Under the pieces are notes generated by a model. The model ran no database searches and was not told the DNA's origin. It saw nothing but the letters and a program-made list of their open reading frames with translations. A program made the translations under genes and the position numbers. Shown piece by piece: positions 44,951-56,223 of a DNA stretch of 64,000 bases (positions within the stretch are counted from its first letter, which is position 1; every line of letters starts with the position of its first letter). This DNA is from Gemmatimonadales bacterium (GTDB lineage: Bacteria; Gemmatimonadota; Gemmatimonadetes; Gemmatimonadales; JACORV01): the NCBI GenBank assembly GCA_049513575.1, contig JBEKVZ010000007.1, positions 10,612 through 74,611 on the forward strand. Direction: 5' to 3'.

Positions 44951-45940
44951 GTGAAGAGCCAGGCCGCCGGCGTGACGCTCGCCGACATCCAGCGCCCGGT
45001 CGCGGCGCAGCTCGGCATGGTCACGACGGAGCTCGCGCGCGTGGTCGCGGCCGACCTGCCGCTGATCCAGGACGTCAACCGGCACCTGCTGCGGATGAAG
45101 GGGAAGCTGTTCCGACCCACGCTGCTCCTGCTGGCGCACGAGGCGACCGGGGCGCGGGATCCCCGCGCCGTGTCGCTCGCCGCGATCGTCGAGCTGATCC
45201 ACGTCGCCACGCTGGTGCACGACGACTCGGTGGACCACTCGGCGCTGCGCCGGGGCATGCCGACCGTGAACTCGCAGTACAGCCACCAGGTCGCCGTCAT
45301 CATGGGCGACTACCTCTACTCGCGCGCGATCATCGAGTTGGTGCGCCTGGACGACCCGGAGCCGCTGCGCGTTCTGTCGCGCGTGACCAACGCGATGACC
45401 GTCGGTGAGATGCGGCAGCTGATGGCGTACGAGGTGCTGGGCTTCGACGAGCGTGAGTACGAGCTGCTCTGCCGCTCCAAGACCGCGTCCCTGTTCGCGG
45501 CGGCGTGCGAGGTGGGCGCGCTGCGGGCCGAGCCCGCGGAGCGGCGCGCGATGCGCCGGTACGGCGACGCGCTGGGGATGGCGTTCCAGATCGCCGACGA
45601 CCTGCTCGACTACACCGAGGACGAGGCGGTGACGGGGAAGCCGTCCGGGCTCGACCTCCGGGAGCACAAAGTCACGCTGCCGCTCATCGCCGCCCTGCCG
45701 CGGCTCGCGCCCGACGATAGGCGCGAGGTGGAGAGCCTGTTCCGCGAGACCTCCCCGGCCGACGCGCAGGTGGCCCGGGTCGTGCAGCTGGTCGAACGGA
45801 GCGGGGGCCTGGAGTACGCGCGGGAGCGCGCGGCGGCGTTCGCCACCGAGGCCGAGGAGGCGCTCGACGACCTGGCGCCGTCGCCGGGCCGCGAGGCGCT
45901 CCACGAGGCCATCGCGTACGCGGTGGAGCGGCGGAGCTAG
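44951..45940 (+). CDS. polyprenyl diphosphate synthase (IspB-like)
   Basis: Two Asp-rich motifs, LVHDDSVD and FQIADDLLDY. Confidence 0.85.
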   Translation: MKSQAAGVTLADIQRPVAAQLGMVTTELARVVAADLPLIQDVNRHLLRMKGKLFRPTLLLLAHEATGARDPRAVSLAAIVELIHVATLVHDDSVDHSALRRGMPTVNSQYSHQVAVIMGDYLYSRAIIELVRLDDPEPLRVLSRVTNAMTVGEMRQLMAYEVLGFDEREYELLCRSKTASLFAAACEVGALRAEPAERRAMRRYGDALGMAFQIADDLLDYTEDEAVTGKPSGLDLREHKVTLPLIAALPRLAPDDRREVESLFRETSPADAQVARVVQLVERSGGLEYARERAAAFATEAEEALDDLAPSPGREALHEAIAYAVERRS

Positions 45941-45941
45941 C

Positions 45942-46214
45942 GTGGCCAACGTCCCGCGCCGGCCGCTGTTCTACCTGGCGGTGCTGTCCACCGGCTTCGT
46001 GCTGGGCGCTTTTCTCTCCGCCTTCCTCGAGCGGGTGCTCCCGGCGGGCGCACCGCGCGAGGTGCTGACGTTCGCCGTGACGCCGAAGCTGGGCCCCGTC
46101 ACGGTGGATCTGCTGGTGCTCTGGTTCACCGTGGGCCCGATCGGCGTCAGGGTGTCCGTGCTGGCCGTCGTGGGCGTCGTGCTGGCGTATCTGCTGGCGC
46201 GCTCGCTCTTCTAG
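45942..46214 (+). CDS. small membrane protein, unknown function
   Basis: 90 aa with about three hydrophobic segments, high GC3, and a GTG start 2 nt after the upstream stop. Confidence 0.5.
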   Translation: MANVPRRPLFYLAVLSTGFVLGAFLSAFLERVLPAGAPREVLTFAVTPKLGPVTVDLLVLWFTVGPIGVRVSVLAVVGVVLAYLLARSLF

Positions 46215-46240
46215 CGGGTCATGAAGGGAAGGAGCAACCG

Positions 46241-46486
46241 ATGTTCGAAGGCTTGAGCCTGACCCACATTCTGCTCTTCCTGGTCATCCTGCTGCTGCTC
46301 TTCGGGGCCAAGCGGCTGCCGGAAATCGGCGGCGCGCTGGGGAAGTCCATCGGGGAGTTCAAGCGCAGCATGCGGGACGTGCAGAACGAGTTCAATACGT
46401 CCGCGAACCAGCAGGGGCGAATCGAGCCACCGCCGCCCCCCAGCCAGCCTGCTCCGCCGCAGCCGCCCAAGGCCCCGGGTGCGTGA
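46241..46486 (+). CDS. tatA: twin-arginine translocase subunit TatA/E
   Basis: AAGGAG Shine-Dalgarno. ILLFLVILLLLFGAKRLPEIGGALGKSIGEFK is the canonical TatA TM plus amphipathic helix. Confidence 0.9.
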   Translation: MFEGLSLTHILLFLVILLLLFGAKRLPEIGGALGKSIGEFKRSMRDVQNEFNTSANQQGRIEPPPPPSQPAPPQPPKAPGA

Positions 46487-46640
46487 GAGGTGAGAGGGAC
46501 CGACGGGACGTGAGACGGTGGAGTCAGACGTGAGCAGGGGAAAGGCGTGAGGGGTGAGGGGCCATACGCGGCCTCTCACCCCTCACCTCGTCCTCTCACT
46601 TCTCCCTTCGCCTTCTCACCCCTTGCGCCTCACCGCTCAC
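46483..46640. repeat. long imperfect palindrome, GTGAGAG family (copy B2)
   Basis: Sits between convergent tatA (+) and ppiD (-). Inner 17-bp stem GTGAGGGGTGAGGGGCC/GGCCTCTCACCCCTCAC has one mismatch. Arms overlap both stop codons. Confidence 0.85.
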
Positions 46641-48469
46641 TGTCCCTGATCGCTTCGCGGCTTGAATAGCGCCGCCCGATTGTCCACGACTTTCGCTTCC
46701 CTGCGGAGCGCATCCAGATACGCCTGTACGCGCACCTGGCGGGCCGCGCGGATTACGCCCGTGCGCTCGTCCTCCTTCTGCTTCTCGAACGCGGCCGAGT
46801 CGGCGCGCACGCGGCGCGTCGGCTCCATGACGAAGAAGCCGTCGGTGCCCGGCAGCAATCCGGAGCGCTCGCCGACCCGCAGCCGGAAGGCGAGGCCGAC
46901 CGCCTCCGACGCGGCGCCGAGGACGGCCACGTTCCCGGTCCGCGCGAAGGGGCCGATGATCTGGATCGGCAGCCGGAGGGCCTGCGCGACCTGCTCGAGC
47001 GTCTGGCCCGCGGCCAGGCGCCGCTCGGCGTCGTGCGCGATCGCCTCGGCCGCCGCGCGCTTCTTCTCCTCCAGGACGGCCGCGCGCACGCGCGCCTGCG
47101 CCGCCCCGAGATCCGGGATCCCCGCCGCCACCGAGCTGTCGAGGCGGAAGACGTAGTACGCGCTGTTCGTCTCGATCACCTGGCTCGTCTCGCCCTTCTT
47201 CCCCTCGAACGCCCAGATGCTGACGTCGGGAATGCGGTCGGAGCCGAGCGCCACGGGCTGGCCCTGGTAGAGGGGCCCCGCGCGCCGGACGGTCAGCCCC
47301 ATCTTCCGCGCCACGCTGTCCAGCACCGTCGGATCCGACTGCTCGGCCGCCATCCGGTCCAGCGAGTCGGCCCGCGATTCCAGCGTGTCCAGTCGCGCCC
47401 CCGTCCGCGTGATCGGAATCAGGATGTGGCGCGCCGTCACGCTGTCCTGCGTTCGCTTCTCCACCTTGATGAGGTGGATGCCGAACGGCGTGACCACCGG
47501 GGGCGAAACCTGGCCGATCGGGAGCTTGAAGGCCGCCTGCTCGAACGCGGGCGTCATCTGCCCGTGCCCGAAGGTGCCCAGCTCGCCGCCTTGCGCGCGC
47601 GAGCCGGAGTCCGCCGACTCGTTCTTCGCCATCTGCGCGAAGTCGGCGCCCTGCACGATGGAATCGCGCACCGCGCGCGCAAGCTGCATTGCGGCCTGCG
47701 TGTCCACCGCCAGCGGCACCTTGCTGATCGTGACGTACGACAGATAGGCCGCCGCCGGCAGCTTGAGCGAGTCCTTGTTGGCGGCGTACCACCGCTCCAG
47801 GTCCTGCGGCGTGATGCCTACCGACGCGTCGGCCACCGCCACGTCCGGATTGACCACCAGCGCCTTCACCGTGACCGAGTCGTGCTGGTCCCGGTAGATC
47901 CGCCAGAGCTTCGTGTCCGGGGCGTAGATGTCTGCGGTCACCGCTTCGAGGAGCTTGAGGCGCGGCAGCTCGGAGCGGTAGCGCGCCTCGAGGGCGGCCA
48001 GGAACTCGGGCTGCGTGCCGCTGGCGAGGAACCGCTGCCACTTCGACTGGTCGAACTTCCCGTTCGTCTGGAAGTCCCGGGCGCTGGTGACCTCATCGGG
48101 CGGGTAGCGCAGGGCCGCGTCGCGGACCTCCTCGTCGGTCACCACGATGCCGCGCCGCTTGTACGCGTCCTGGAGGACGCCCGCCTCGACCAGCTGCTCG
48201 AAGGCGTAGTCCTCCAGCGACTTCTGCTCCTCGCGGGTCAGCGACTGACCGGGATTCCGCTGGCGCGCCTGCTCCACCGTGGAGTTATAGGCCTGGAGCC
48301 AGGCCTGGTACTTGATCGGGTGCCCGTTCACCGAGCCGAGGTCCCGGGTGGTCGCGTTCTGACCGCGCCCCGTGACGCCCATCCCCACGTCGAACACCAG
48401 CCATCCGACGAACGCCACCGCCAGGATGAGCATGATGATCTTCGTCTTCTCGCGCATCGTGCGCAGCAT
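46637..48469 (-). CDS. ppiD: periplasmic chaperone / peptidyl-prolyl isomerase PpiD-like
   Basis: The only minus-strand gene. N-terminal TM (IIMLILAVAFVGWLVF), SurA-like N-domain, parvulin domain (FGIHLIKVEKR). Confidence 0.8.
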   Translation of the reverse strand: MLRTMREKTKIIMLILAVAFVGWLVFDVGMGVTGRGQNATTRDLGSVNGHPIKYQAWLQAYNSTVEQARQRNPGQSLTREEQKSLEDYAFEQLVEAGVLQDAYKRRGIVVTDEEVRDAALRYPPDEVTSARDFQTNGKFDQSKWQRFLASGTQPEFLAALEARYRSELPRLKLLEAVTADIYAPDTKLWRIYRDQHDSVTVKALVVNPDVAVADASVGITPQDLERWYAANKDSLKLPAAAYLSYVTISKVPLAVDTQAAMQLARAVRDSIVQGADFAQMAKNESADSGSRAQGGELGTFGHGQMTPAFEQAAFKLPIGQVSPPVVTPFGIHLIKVEKRTQDSVTARHILIPITRTGARLDTLESRADSLDRMAAEQSDPTVLDSVARKMGLTVRRAGPLYQGQPVALGSDRIPDVSIWAFEGKKGETSQVIETNSAYYVFRLDSSVAAGIPDLGAAQARVRAAVLEEKKRAAAEAIAHDAERRLAAGQTLEQVAQALRLPIQIIGPFARTGNVAVLGAASEAVGLAFRLRVGERSGLLPGTDGFFVMEPTRRVRADSAAFEKQKEDERTGVIRAARQVRVQAYLDALRREAKVVDNRAALFKPRSDQGQ

Positions 48470-48549
48470 CGCGTCCGCTCTCCCGCGGGAAAGGGCCTAA
48501 ATCTAGACGAGACAACGCGCAAAGCCAACCTCGCGCGGTGCCGTTCCCG

Positions 48550-48579
48550 TTGACACCCCGTGCCGGAATGCCGTATCTT
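48550..48579 (+). promoter_or_regulatory. sigma70-type promoter candidate
   Basis: TTGACA (48550-55), 18-nt spacer, TATCTT (48574-79). AGGAG at 48605 lies before ATG 48614. Confidence 0.45.
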
Positions 48580-48613
48580 CGCGGGCCGAACCTGTTCTGC
48601 CAGCAGGAGTTCG

Positions 48614-50575
48614 ATGGCCTCATCGAGCGAGATCGAAAAACTCGAACGCCGTTACGCCGAGAACCCCGATGGGCGGTTCTTTGCGCCGCTGGCGGACGCC
48701 TATCGCAAGGCAGGGCAGGTGGACCGGGCGTTGGAGCTGGTCCGGGCAGGGCTCGCGAAGCACCCCGACTACCTCTCCGCGCACATCGTGCTCGGCCGCT
48801 GCCTCCTGGACAAGGGGGCCGACCCAGACGCCGCGGCCACGTTTCAGGCGGTCCTCGCCCTGGACGGCGAGAACATCATCGCGCTGAAGAGCCTGGCGGA
48901 GATCGCCGAGCGCGCGGGGCGCCTGGACGAAGCCAGGGAGTGGCTCCAGAAGCTCCTGGCCGTGGACTCGATGAACAGCGAGGCCGAGGCGGACCTCCAG
49001 CGTCTGGGCGGCGCGCTCGCCGCTCCCGCGGCGGCCGTCGAGGAAGCGCCGGCCGAGATCGCGCCCGAAACCTCTTTCGCCGACGTGGCGCAGGAGATGG
49101 AGGCCGCGCCCGCCGCCGCCGAGGCCGCGCCCGCGGGCGGCGAGGCGACCCAGGTGGTCGCGGCGGTCCGCTCGCCCGAGCCGATCGAGGAGCCGGCGAG
49201 CGAGCCGGTGCCCCTGCCGATGCTCGAAGAGGCGGCGCCGGTGGCTGAGCCTGCCCCGGTCGCGGAGCTGGAGCCGGTGCTCGAGATCCCTCAATCTCGG
49301 ACCCCGGAGCCCGAAGCCCCGCCGCTGGTCGAGATACCGCCGCCGCCGCTGGAGGCCGTGCCCGTCGAAGAGCCGGGGGAGATGGTCCAGGCGGCGATGC
49401 AGGCGGAGCCGGCCCCCGCCGAGACCAAGCCGGACGTCCACCCGCTCCCGTCCGAGACGAAGGTCTCGGCCGAGGCGCTGGACGTGATGCCCTTCGACGA
49501 TTCGCTGGCGTGGGGCACGGGCGAGCGCTCCTCGCGGGCCATCCGGGCCGAGGATGTCGAGGCGGTCGTCCACGACGAACAGATCCGGGCCCCTGCCGTC
49601 GAGTTCATGTCGGAGATCGGCCTGCCTGCGACGGAAGCGGAAGCGCTTGCGGCACCGGCGGCCGAGTCCGCTGCGGCCGCTCCGATGCCGTCCCTGGACG
49701 ACTTCAGCATCGAGCCGCGGCCCGACCAGTCGCTGGGAGGCCTCGAGGCTGCCCCGGAACCCGGCAACGTCGAACTGCCCGCCAACCTGTCGGGCGCCTA
49801 CTCGATCGTTGACGAGGCCGCAGGCTCCGTCCTCGACATGCCCGCAGCCGCCGCGGCCCCGCAGCCGTCGGCGCCGTCCGACCTGCCCTTGATCATGCCC
49901 GAGGACGTGACGCCGCCGGACGAGCTGGCGCGCCCGTCGGCCAAGATGGTGCAGATGGTCTCGCCGCCGCCGCGCGAGGAGCCTGCAGCCCATCCGCCGA
50001 TGGCGACGGAGACGATGGGCGACCTGTACCTGAAGCAGGGGTTCCGGAACGAGGCCGCCGACGTGTACCGTGGGCTGCTGGCCCAGCGCCCCGGCGATGC
50101 GGGGCTCGCCGCGAAGCTGCGGGCGGCTGAAGGACCGCCGCCTGACCTGCGGGCGACGGCGCTCGGCGCCGAGTCGGTTGGGGCATGGCTGAAGCGCGTG
50201 GCCGGAGCGCGTCTTTCCACGGCGGCTGCGCCAGCGCCCACGCCGCAGGCACCGAGCCCCGAAGCGCCCACCCCCCTCGAGTCCGCGTTTATGGCGGAGC
50301 CGGAGGGGGAGCCCGCGCACCCGGCGCCCGACGCCTTCTCGCTCGATCAGATCTTCGGTGCGCCGGGCGAGGCCGCCCCCGCGACTCCGGCTCCGTCGGT
50401 CTCGGCCGCCCCGGTCCCTCCGCTCGGGGCCTCGTTCGACGAGTTCTTCGGCGCCGCCGCACCGGCGCCGGCACCTACGCCGCCCGAGCCCGCGGCGGCG
50501 CCGAAACGCCCTTCACAGCTCGGCGATGAGGACCTCACCGCCTTCAGCGCCTGGCTCCAAGGTCTCAAGAAATAG
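48614..50575 (+). CDS. TPR protein with long acidic Pro/Ala/Glu-rich core
   Basis: ATG 48614. N-terminal TPR units, about 400 aa low-complexity core, and a short C-terminal TPR-like segment (MGDLYLKQGFRNEAADVYRGLL). Confidence 0.7.
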   Translation: MASSSEIEKLERRYAENPDGRFFAPLADAYRKAGQVDRALELVRAGLAKHPDYLSAHIVLGRCLLDKGADPDAAATFQAVLALDGENIIALKSLAEIAERAGRLDEAREWLQKLLAVDSMNSEAEADLQRLGGALAAPAAAVEEAPAEIAPETSFADVAQEMEAAPAAAEAAPAGGEATQVVAAVRSPEPIEEPASEPVPLPMLEEAAPVAEPAPVAELEPVLEIPQSRTPEPEAPPLVEIPPPPLEAVPVEEPGEMVQAAMQAEPAPAETKPDVHPLPSETKVSAEALDVMPFDDSLAWGTGERSSRAIRAEDVEAVVHDEQIRAPAVEFMSEIGLPATEAEALAAPAAESAAAAPMPSLDDFSIEPRPDQSLGGLEAAPEPGNVELPANLSGAYSIVDEAAGSVLDMPAAAAAPQPSAPSDLPLIMPEDVTPPDELARPSAKMVQMVSPPPREEPAAHPPMATETMGDLYLKQGFRNEAADVYRGLLAQRPGDAGLAAKLRAAEGPPPDLRATALGAESVGAWLKRVAGARLSTAAAPAPTPQAPSPEAPTPLESAFMAEPEGEPAHPAPDAFSLDQIFGAPGEAAPATPAPSVSAAPVPPLGASFDEFFGAAAPAPAPTPPEPAAAPKRPSQLGDEDLTAFSAWLQGLKK

Positions 50576-51042
50576 TGCACATCGCGGTGGTGAACGGGCC
50601 GAACCTCAATCTCCTCGGGGTTCGGGAACCAGCGCTCTACGGCTCCGCGACGCTCGCGGACATCGAGGCCGCGGTCCGCGAGCGCGCGCGCGCTCTCGGC
50701 GTCGAGATCGGCTGGCTCCAGTCGAATCACGAGGGGGCGCTCGTTGAGGCGATCCAGGCGCTGCGGGGCCGGGCCGACGGGGCCCTGATCAACGCTGCCG
50801 CGTATACGCATACGTCCATCGCCGTCCGAGACGCCGTCCTCGTCGCCGCGGTGCCGTTCGTCGAGGTCCACCTCACCAACATCTGGGGACGCGAGGAGGA
50901 GCGCCGGAAGTCGCTGCTCGCCGACCTGGCCGTGGGCGTCGTCGCGGGCTTCGGCGGCCAATCCTACATTCTCGGGCTCGAGGGCCTCGTGAATTGGCTG
51001 AGACGCGGCTCATCCAAACCGTCGGGCAGTGTGGAGGTCTGA
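50575..51042 (+). CDS. aroQ: type II 3-dehydroquinate dehydratase
   Basis: VVNGPNLNLLGVREPALYG, IGWLQSNHEG and NAAAYTHTSIA motifs. Confidence 0.95.
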   Translation: MHIAVVNGPNLNLLGVREPALYGSATLADIEAAVRERARALGVEIGWLQSNHEGALVEAIQALRGRADGALINAAAYTHTSIAVRDAVLVAAVPFVEVHLTNIWGREEERRKSLLADLAVGVVAGFGGQSYILGLEGLVNWLRRGSSKPSGSVEV

Positions 51043-51043
51043 G

Positions 51044-51206
51044 GTACCAGTGATCGGAGCAGTTGCCAGACGGCAAGTACTGAAGTGGTCACCAGACGCG
51101 AGCTCACAGGAGCCAGACCAGTTGCCAGTACTGACAACTGGCCTGCGTTCCGCGGGCTGGCAACTGGTAACCACTTCCTCCTTCGCCGTCTGGCAACTGT
51201 CCTGAC
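51044..51206. repeat. long imperfect palindrome, GTTGCCAG family (copy D2)
   Basis: Outer stem CAGTTGCCAGACGGCA (51060)/CGCCGTCTGGCAACTG (51185). Central 24-nt palindrome CCAGTTGCCAGTACTGACAACTGG (51118-51141). Confidence 0.85.
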
Positions 51207-51212
51207 TTCCTT

Positions 51213-52301
51213 ATGACTGATCGCCGTGGCGAACGGATGGAGGCCCTCCTCTCCCGCCTGTCCCGGGACGGCCTGGACGCGCTCGTGGTCTCCCACCCCG
51301 CCAACATCCGCTATCTGACGGGCTTTTCGGGCACCAGCGGCCTGCTGCTCGTCGCGGGAAAGGGCGCCGTCTTCATCACCGATTTCCGGTACGAGACACA
51401 GTCCCGGGACGAGATCGGCTCGCTGGCCAGGATTGTGATCGACGGCACCGGCGCCTGGGAGCGCCTCGTCAAGGTGATCCCGGATTACGGCCTGCGCGCG
51501 GTCGGCTACGAGGCGCACGTCGTCACGGTGCGCGAGGCCGATCGCCTCGCGACGGACACGCTGCCGTGCCACTTCTGCCCGGTCACCGACCACGTCGAGG
51601 CGCTGCGCGCGGTCAAGGCGCCCGAGGAGGTCGAGGCGATCCGCACCGCGGCCGCTCTCGCGGGCGACGCGCTCGCCGAGACGATCCGCCAGGTGCGGGC
51701 CGGGCAGACGGAGCAAGAAGTCGCCGCGCTCCTCGAGGGCGCCCTCAGGAGCGGCGGGACCGAGGGGTATCCGTTCCCCACGATCGTGGCCTCGGGACCC
51801 CGCTCGGCGCTGCCACACGCCCGGACCAGCTCGCGCGTGATCGCGCCCGGAGACTTCCTGCTCCTGGATTTCGGCGCGATCGTCGACGGCTACGTCTCCG
51901 ACGTCACGCGCACCTTCGTCGTGGGCGCTCCGCCCACGGCGCGGCAGACGGAGGCCTATGGCCTGGTGGCGCTCGCGCAGCGCGCGGCCCTGGCCGGCCT
52001 CAGGGCCGGGCTCTCCGGCCGGCAGGCCGACGCGCTGGCCCGAGACGTGATGGAGGAGGCGGGGCAGGGCCCGGCCTTCGGCCACTCGCTCGGCCACGGG
52101 ATTGGCCTGGAGGTACACGAGGCGCCGAGGCTGGCGCGCACCGCCGACCAGGTTCTCCCCGCCGGCGCGGTGGTCACCGTCGAGCCGGGCGTCTATTATT
52201 CCGGTTGGGGTGGCGTCCGCCTGGAGGACGACGTGGCGCTGTCGGACGGCGGGACCGCCCTGCTCACCCAGTTTCCCCGTGAACTCTTGGTGCTTGGATG
52301 A
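51213..52301 (+). CDS. M24 family Xaa-Pro aminopeptidase/dipeptidase
   Basis: Creatinase-like N-domain plus pita-bread fold. Metal ligand motifs DFGAIVDGYVSDVTRTF, HSLGHGIGLEVHE, VEPGVY. Confidence 0.85.
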   Translation: MTDRRGERMEALLSRLSRDGLDALVVSHPANIRYLTGFSGTSGLLLVAGKGAVFITDFRYETQSRDEIGSLARIVIDGTGAWERLVKVIPDYGLRAVGYEAHVVTVREADRLATDTLPCHFCPVTDHVEALRAVKAPEEVEAIRTAAALAGDALAETIRQVRAGQTEQEVAALLEGALRSGGTEGYPFPTIVASGPRSALPHARTSSRVIAPGDFLLLDFGAIVDGYVSDVTRTFVVGAPPTARQTEAYGLVALAQRAALAGLRAGLSGRQADALARDVMEEAGQGPAFGHSLGHGIGLEVHEAPRLARTADQVLPAGAVVTVEPGVYYSGWGGVRLEDDVALSDGGTALLTQFPRELLVLG

Positions 52302-52768
52302 CCGACCTTGCTCTGCTCAAGGAGTTGCTGGCGCTCCTGGACGCGTCGAGCGCCACCACGATCGAGATCCGCCGGGGCTTCACCACCTACCGGGTGAGCC
52401 GCGAGGTGGGTGGCGCCGTGGTGATGCCGGCGGGCGCCGTGCATCACGCCGCCGCCCCGGGGCTCGCGCAAGCGGCGTCCCCCGCCGGCGCTTCGCCGGC
52501 GGAGGCCGCGGCTCCGGCGACCCGCCTGGTCGAGGTCAAGTCGCCGATGGTCGGCACCTTCTATCGGGCGCCGGAGCCGGGTGCGGACCCGTACGTGAAG
52601 CCGGGTACTCGCGTCAGCACGGGCCAGACGCTCTGCATCATCGAAGCGATGAAGATCATGAACGAGCTCGAGTCGGAGGTCGCCGGCGTGGTGCGCGAGA
52701 TCCTCGTGGAGGACGCGCAGCCCGTCGAATTCGGCCAGGTTCTCTTCCGGGTGGATCCCAATGGCTGA
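52298..52768 (+). CDS. accB: acetyl-CoA carboxylase biotin carboxyl carrier protein
   Basis: Biotinylation motif EAMKIMNELE. ATGA overlap with the upstream gene. Confidence 0.9.
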   Translation: MTDLALLKELLALLDASSATTIEIRRGFTTYRVSREVGGAVVMPAGAVHHAAAPGLAQAASPAGASPAEAAAPATRLVEVKSPMVGTFYRAPEPGADPYVKPGTRVSTGQTLCIIEAMKIMNELESEVAGVVREILVEDAQPVEFGQVLFRVDPNG

Positions 52769-54112
52769 ACCGGGTGCATCGCAGGTGCTGGGCGCGCCGA
52801 ACGCCGGACCGACGATGGCCAAGCCGTCGGCCGCGCCGGCCTTCTTCCCGGCCTCGATCCGGTGGATGGTGGAGCAGAAGGCCTCCGACCTCCTGCTGAA
52901 GGTCGGGCGGCCGCCAACGGTCCGGATCGCGGGTGACCTCGCAGCCACGCCCAACCAGCCACCGATGACGCCGCAGGACCTCAAGGCGCTGGCCGAGCAC
53001 CTGATGCAGTCGAAGCAGCTGAAGGAGTTCATGGAGACGAAGGAGGCCGACTTCGCGATCGGCGTGCCGGGGGTCGGACGGTTCCGCGTCAACGTGTACT
53101 GGCAGCGCGGTACCCTCGCCTTCGCCTTCCGGGTCATCCCCTACGAGGTGAAGACGATCGAGGAGCTGCGCCTCCCGAAGATCCTCGAGACGCTGGCCCT
53201 GAAGCCGCGCGGCCTGGTGCTCGTCACGGGCGTGACCGGCAGCGGCAAGTCCACCGCGCTGGCCGCGATGGTCAACCACATCAACCTCACTCGCCGCGTC
53301 AACATCATCACCATCGAAGATCCGATCGAGTTCCTGCACCGCGATGTCAACTCGATGATCAGCCAGCGGGAGATCGGCGCGGACACGCTGTCCTTCCACA
53401 ACGCGCTGCGCCACGTGCTGCGGCAGAACCCCGACGTCATCCTGGTCGGCGAGATCCGCGACATGGAGACGCTGGATACCGCGATCAAGGCGGCCGACAC
53501 GGGGCACCTGGTCTTCTCGACCCTGCACACCACCGACGCCACCCAGACCATCAACCGCGTGATCTCGTTCTACCCTCCGCACCAGCACGAAGAAGTGCGC
53601 CACCTGCTGTCGACCGCTCTCCAGGCCGTCGTCTCCCTCCGCCTGGTGCCGACCAAGGATGGGACGGGACGGGTGGCGGCGAGCGAGATCCTGGTCAACA
53701 CGGCGGCGGTGCGGGAGAACATCCGCGACGTGAAGAGCCAGCTCAACATCCCGGACCTGATCAAGGAGGGCACGGTCCAGTACGGGATGCAGTCGTTCGA
53801 CCAGAGCCTGATGCAGTGGTACTCCGACGGCGTCATCAGCCTCGAGTCGGCGCTCTACTACTGCACCAATCCGACCGAATTCCAGCTCCAGGTGCAGGGC
53901 ATCGCGGGCTCCAGCGACCGCACCTTCGAGGGCTTCGAGAAGAAGGGGGCCTCCGATCCGGGCAAGACCGGCGGCGCGGCGGGCCTTGGCGCGCGGCGGC
54001 CGGCGGCGCCGGCCCCGGCGCCGCCCGCGAAGCCGGCGACGGGGGCCACCGGGCCGGCGGACGCGGGCAACGGTGGCGTGTCCGGGCTGAGCAGGGACCC
54101 GTTCCAGCGCTG

Positions 54113-54113
<1 letters not shown>
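52761..54113 (+). CDS. PilT-family type IV pilus retraction-type ATPase with C-terminal low-complexity tail
   Basis: Walker [10 protein letters not shown], Walker [11 protein letters not shown], His box [11 protein letters not shown]. The start is 52761 or 52815. About 70 aa Gly/Pro/Ala tail. Confidence 0.85.
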
Positions 54114-55470
<1,357 letters not shown>

Positions 55471-55474
<4 letters not shown>

Positions 55475-56223
55475 AGATCGAGGTCGTCTTCACGCCGCAG
55501 GCGCTCGGCCCGAACGACCTCGCCGGCCGCACCGTCGTCGTCGTGGACATCCTCCGCGCCACCACCACCATCGCCGTCGCGCTCGCCAACGGCGCCAAGG
55601 CCGTGCTCCCGGCCGGCACGACCGAGGAGGCCCTGCGGATCGCGCAGAACCTGGAGCGCGACGCCGTCATCCTCGCGGGCGAGCGGAAGTCGGAGCGCAT
55701 CCCCGGCTTCGCCCTCGGCAACTCCCCCGCGGAGTTCGGCCCCGCTGTCGTGGGCGGCAAGACGATCGTGATGTCCACGACCAACGGCACGGCGGCGCTC
55801 GTCGCGGCGCAGGGCGCGCGCGAGGTCATCGCCGCGGCCGCCGTGAACTTCTCGACCGTGGCGGAGCGGTCTCGCGCCGCACTCGCCGAGCACGGCGACC
55901 TGATGATCCTCTGCGCCGGCGCCGAGAAGCACTTTGCCCTCGAGGACGCCTTCGCCGCGGGCCGCCTCACCAAGGTCCTCCTCCCGGAGGGCGGCTCCCG
56001 CAGCGTGAGCATCAACGACAGCGCCGTCGCCGCGCTGGAGCTGGCGCGGCACTACGGCGAGCGCTGGGGACGGGCCCTCAAGGCCAGCGCCCACGGCCGC
56101 GAGCTCGCCGCCCTCGGCTTCCGCGCCGATCTCGAAGCCTGCGCCGCCCAGGACACGCACCCGGTCCTGCCTCTCTATGCCGACCGCAGGATCACGGCGT
56201 ATCGACCCTCGAACGAAGGATGA
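55471..56223 (+). CDS. 2-phosphosulfolactate phosphatase family protein (ComB-like)
   Basis: [12 protein letters not shown] and [17 protein letters not shown] motifs of the ComB family. Confidence 0.75.
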
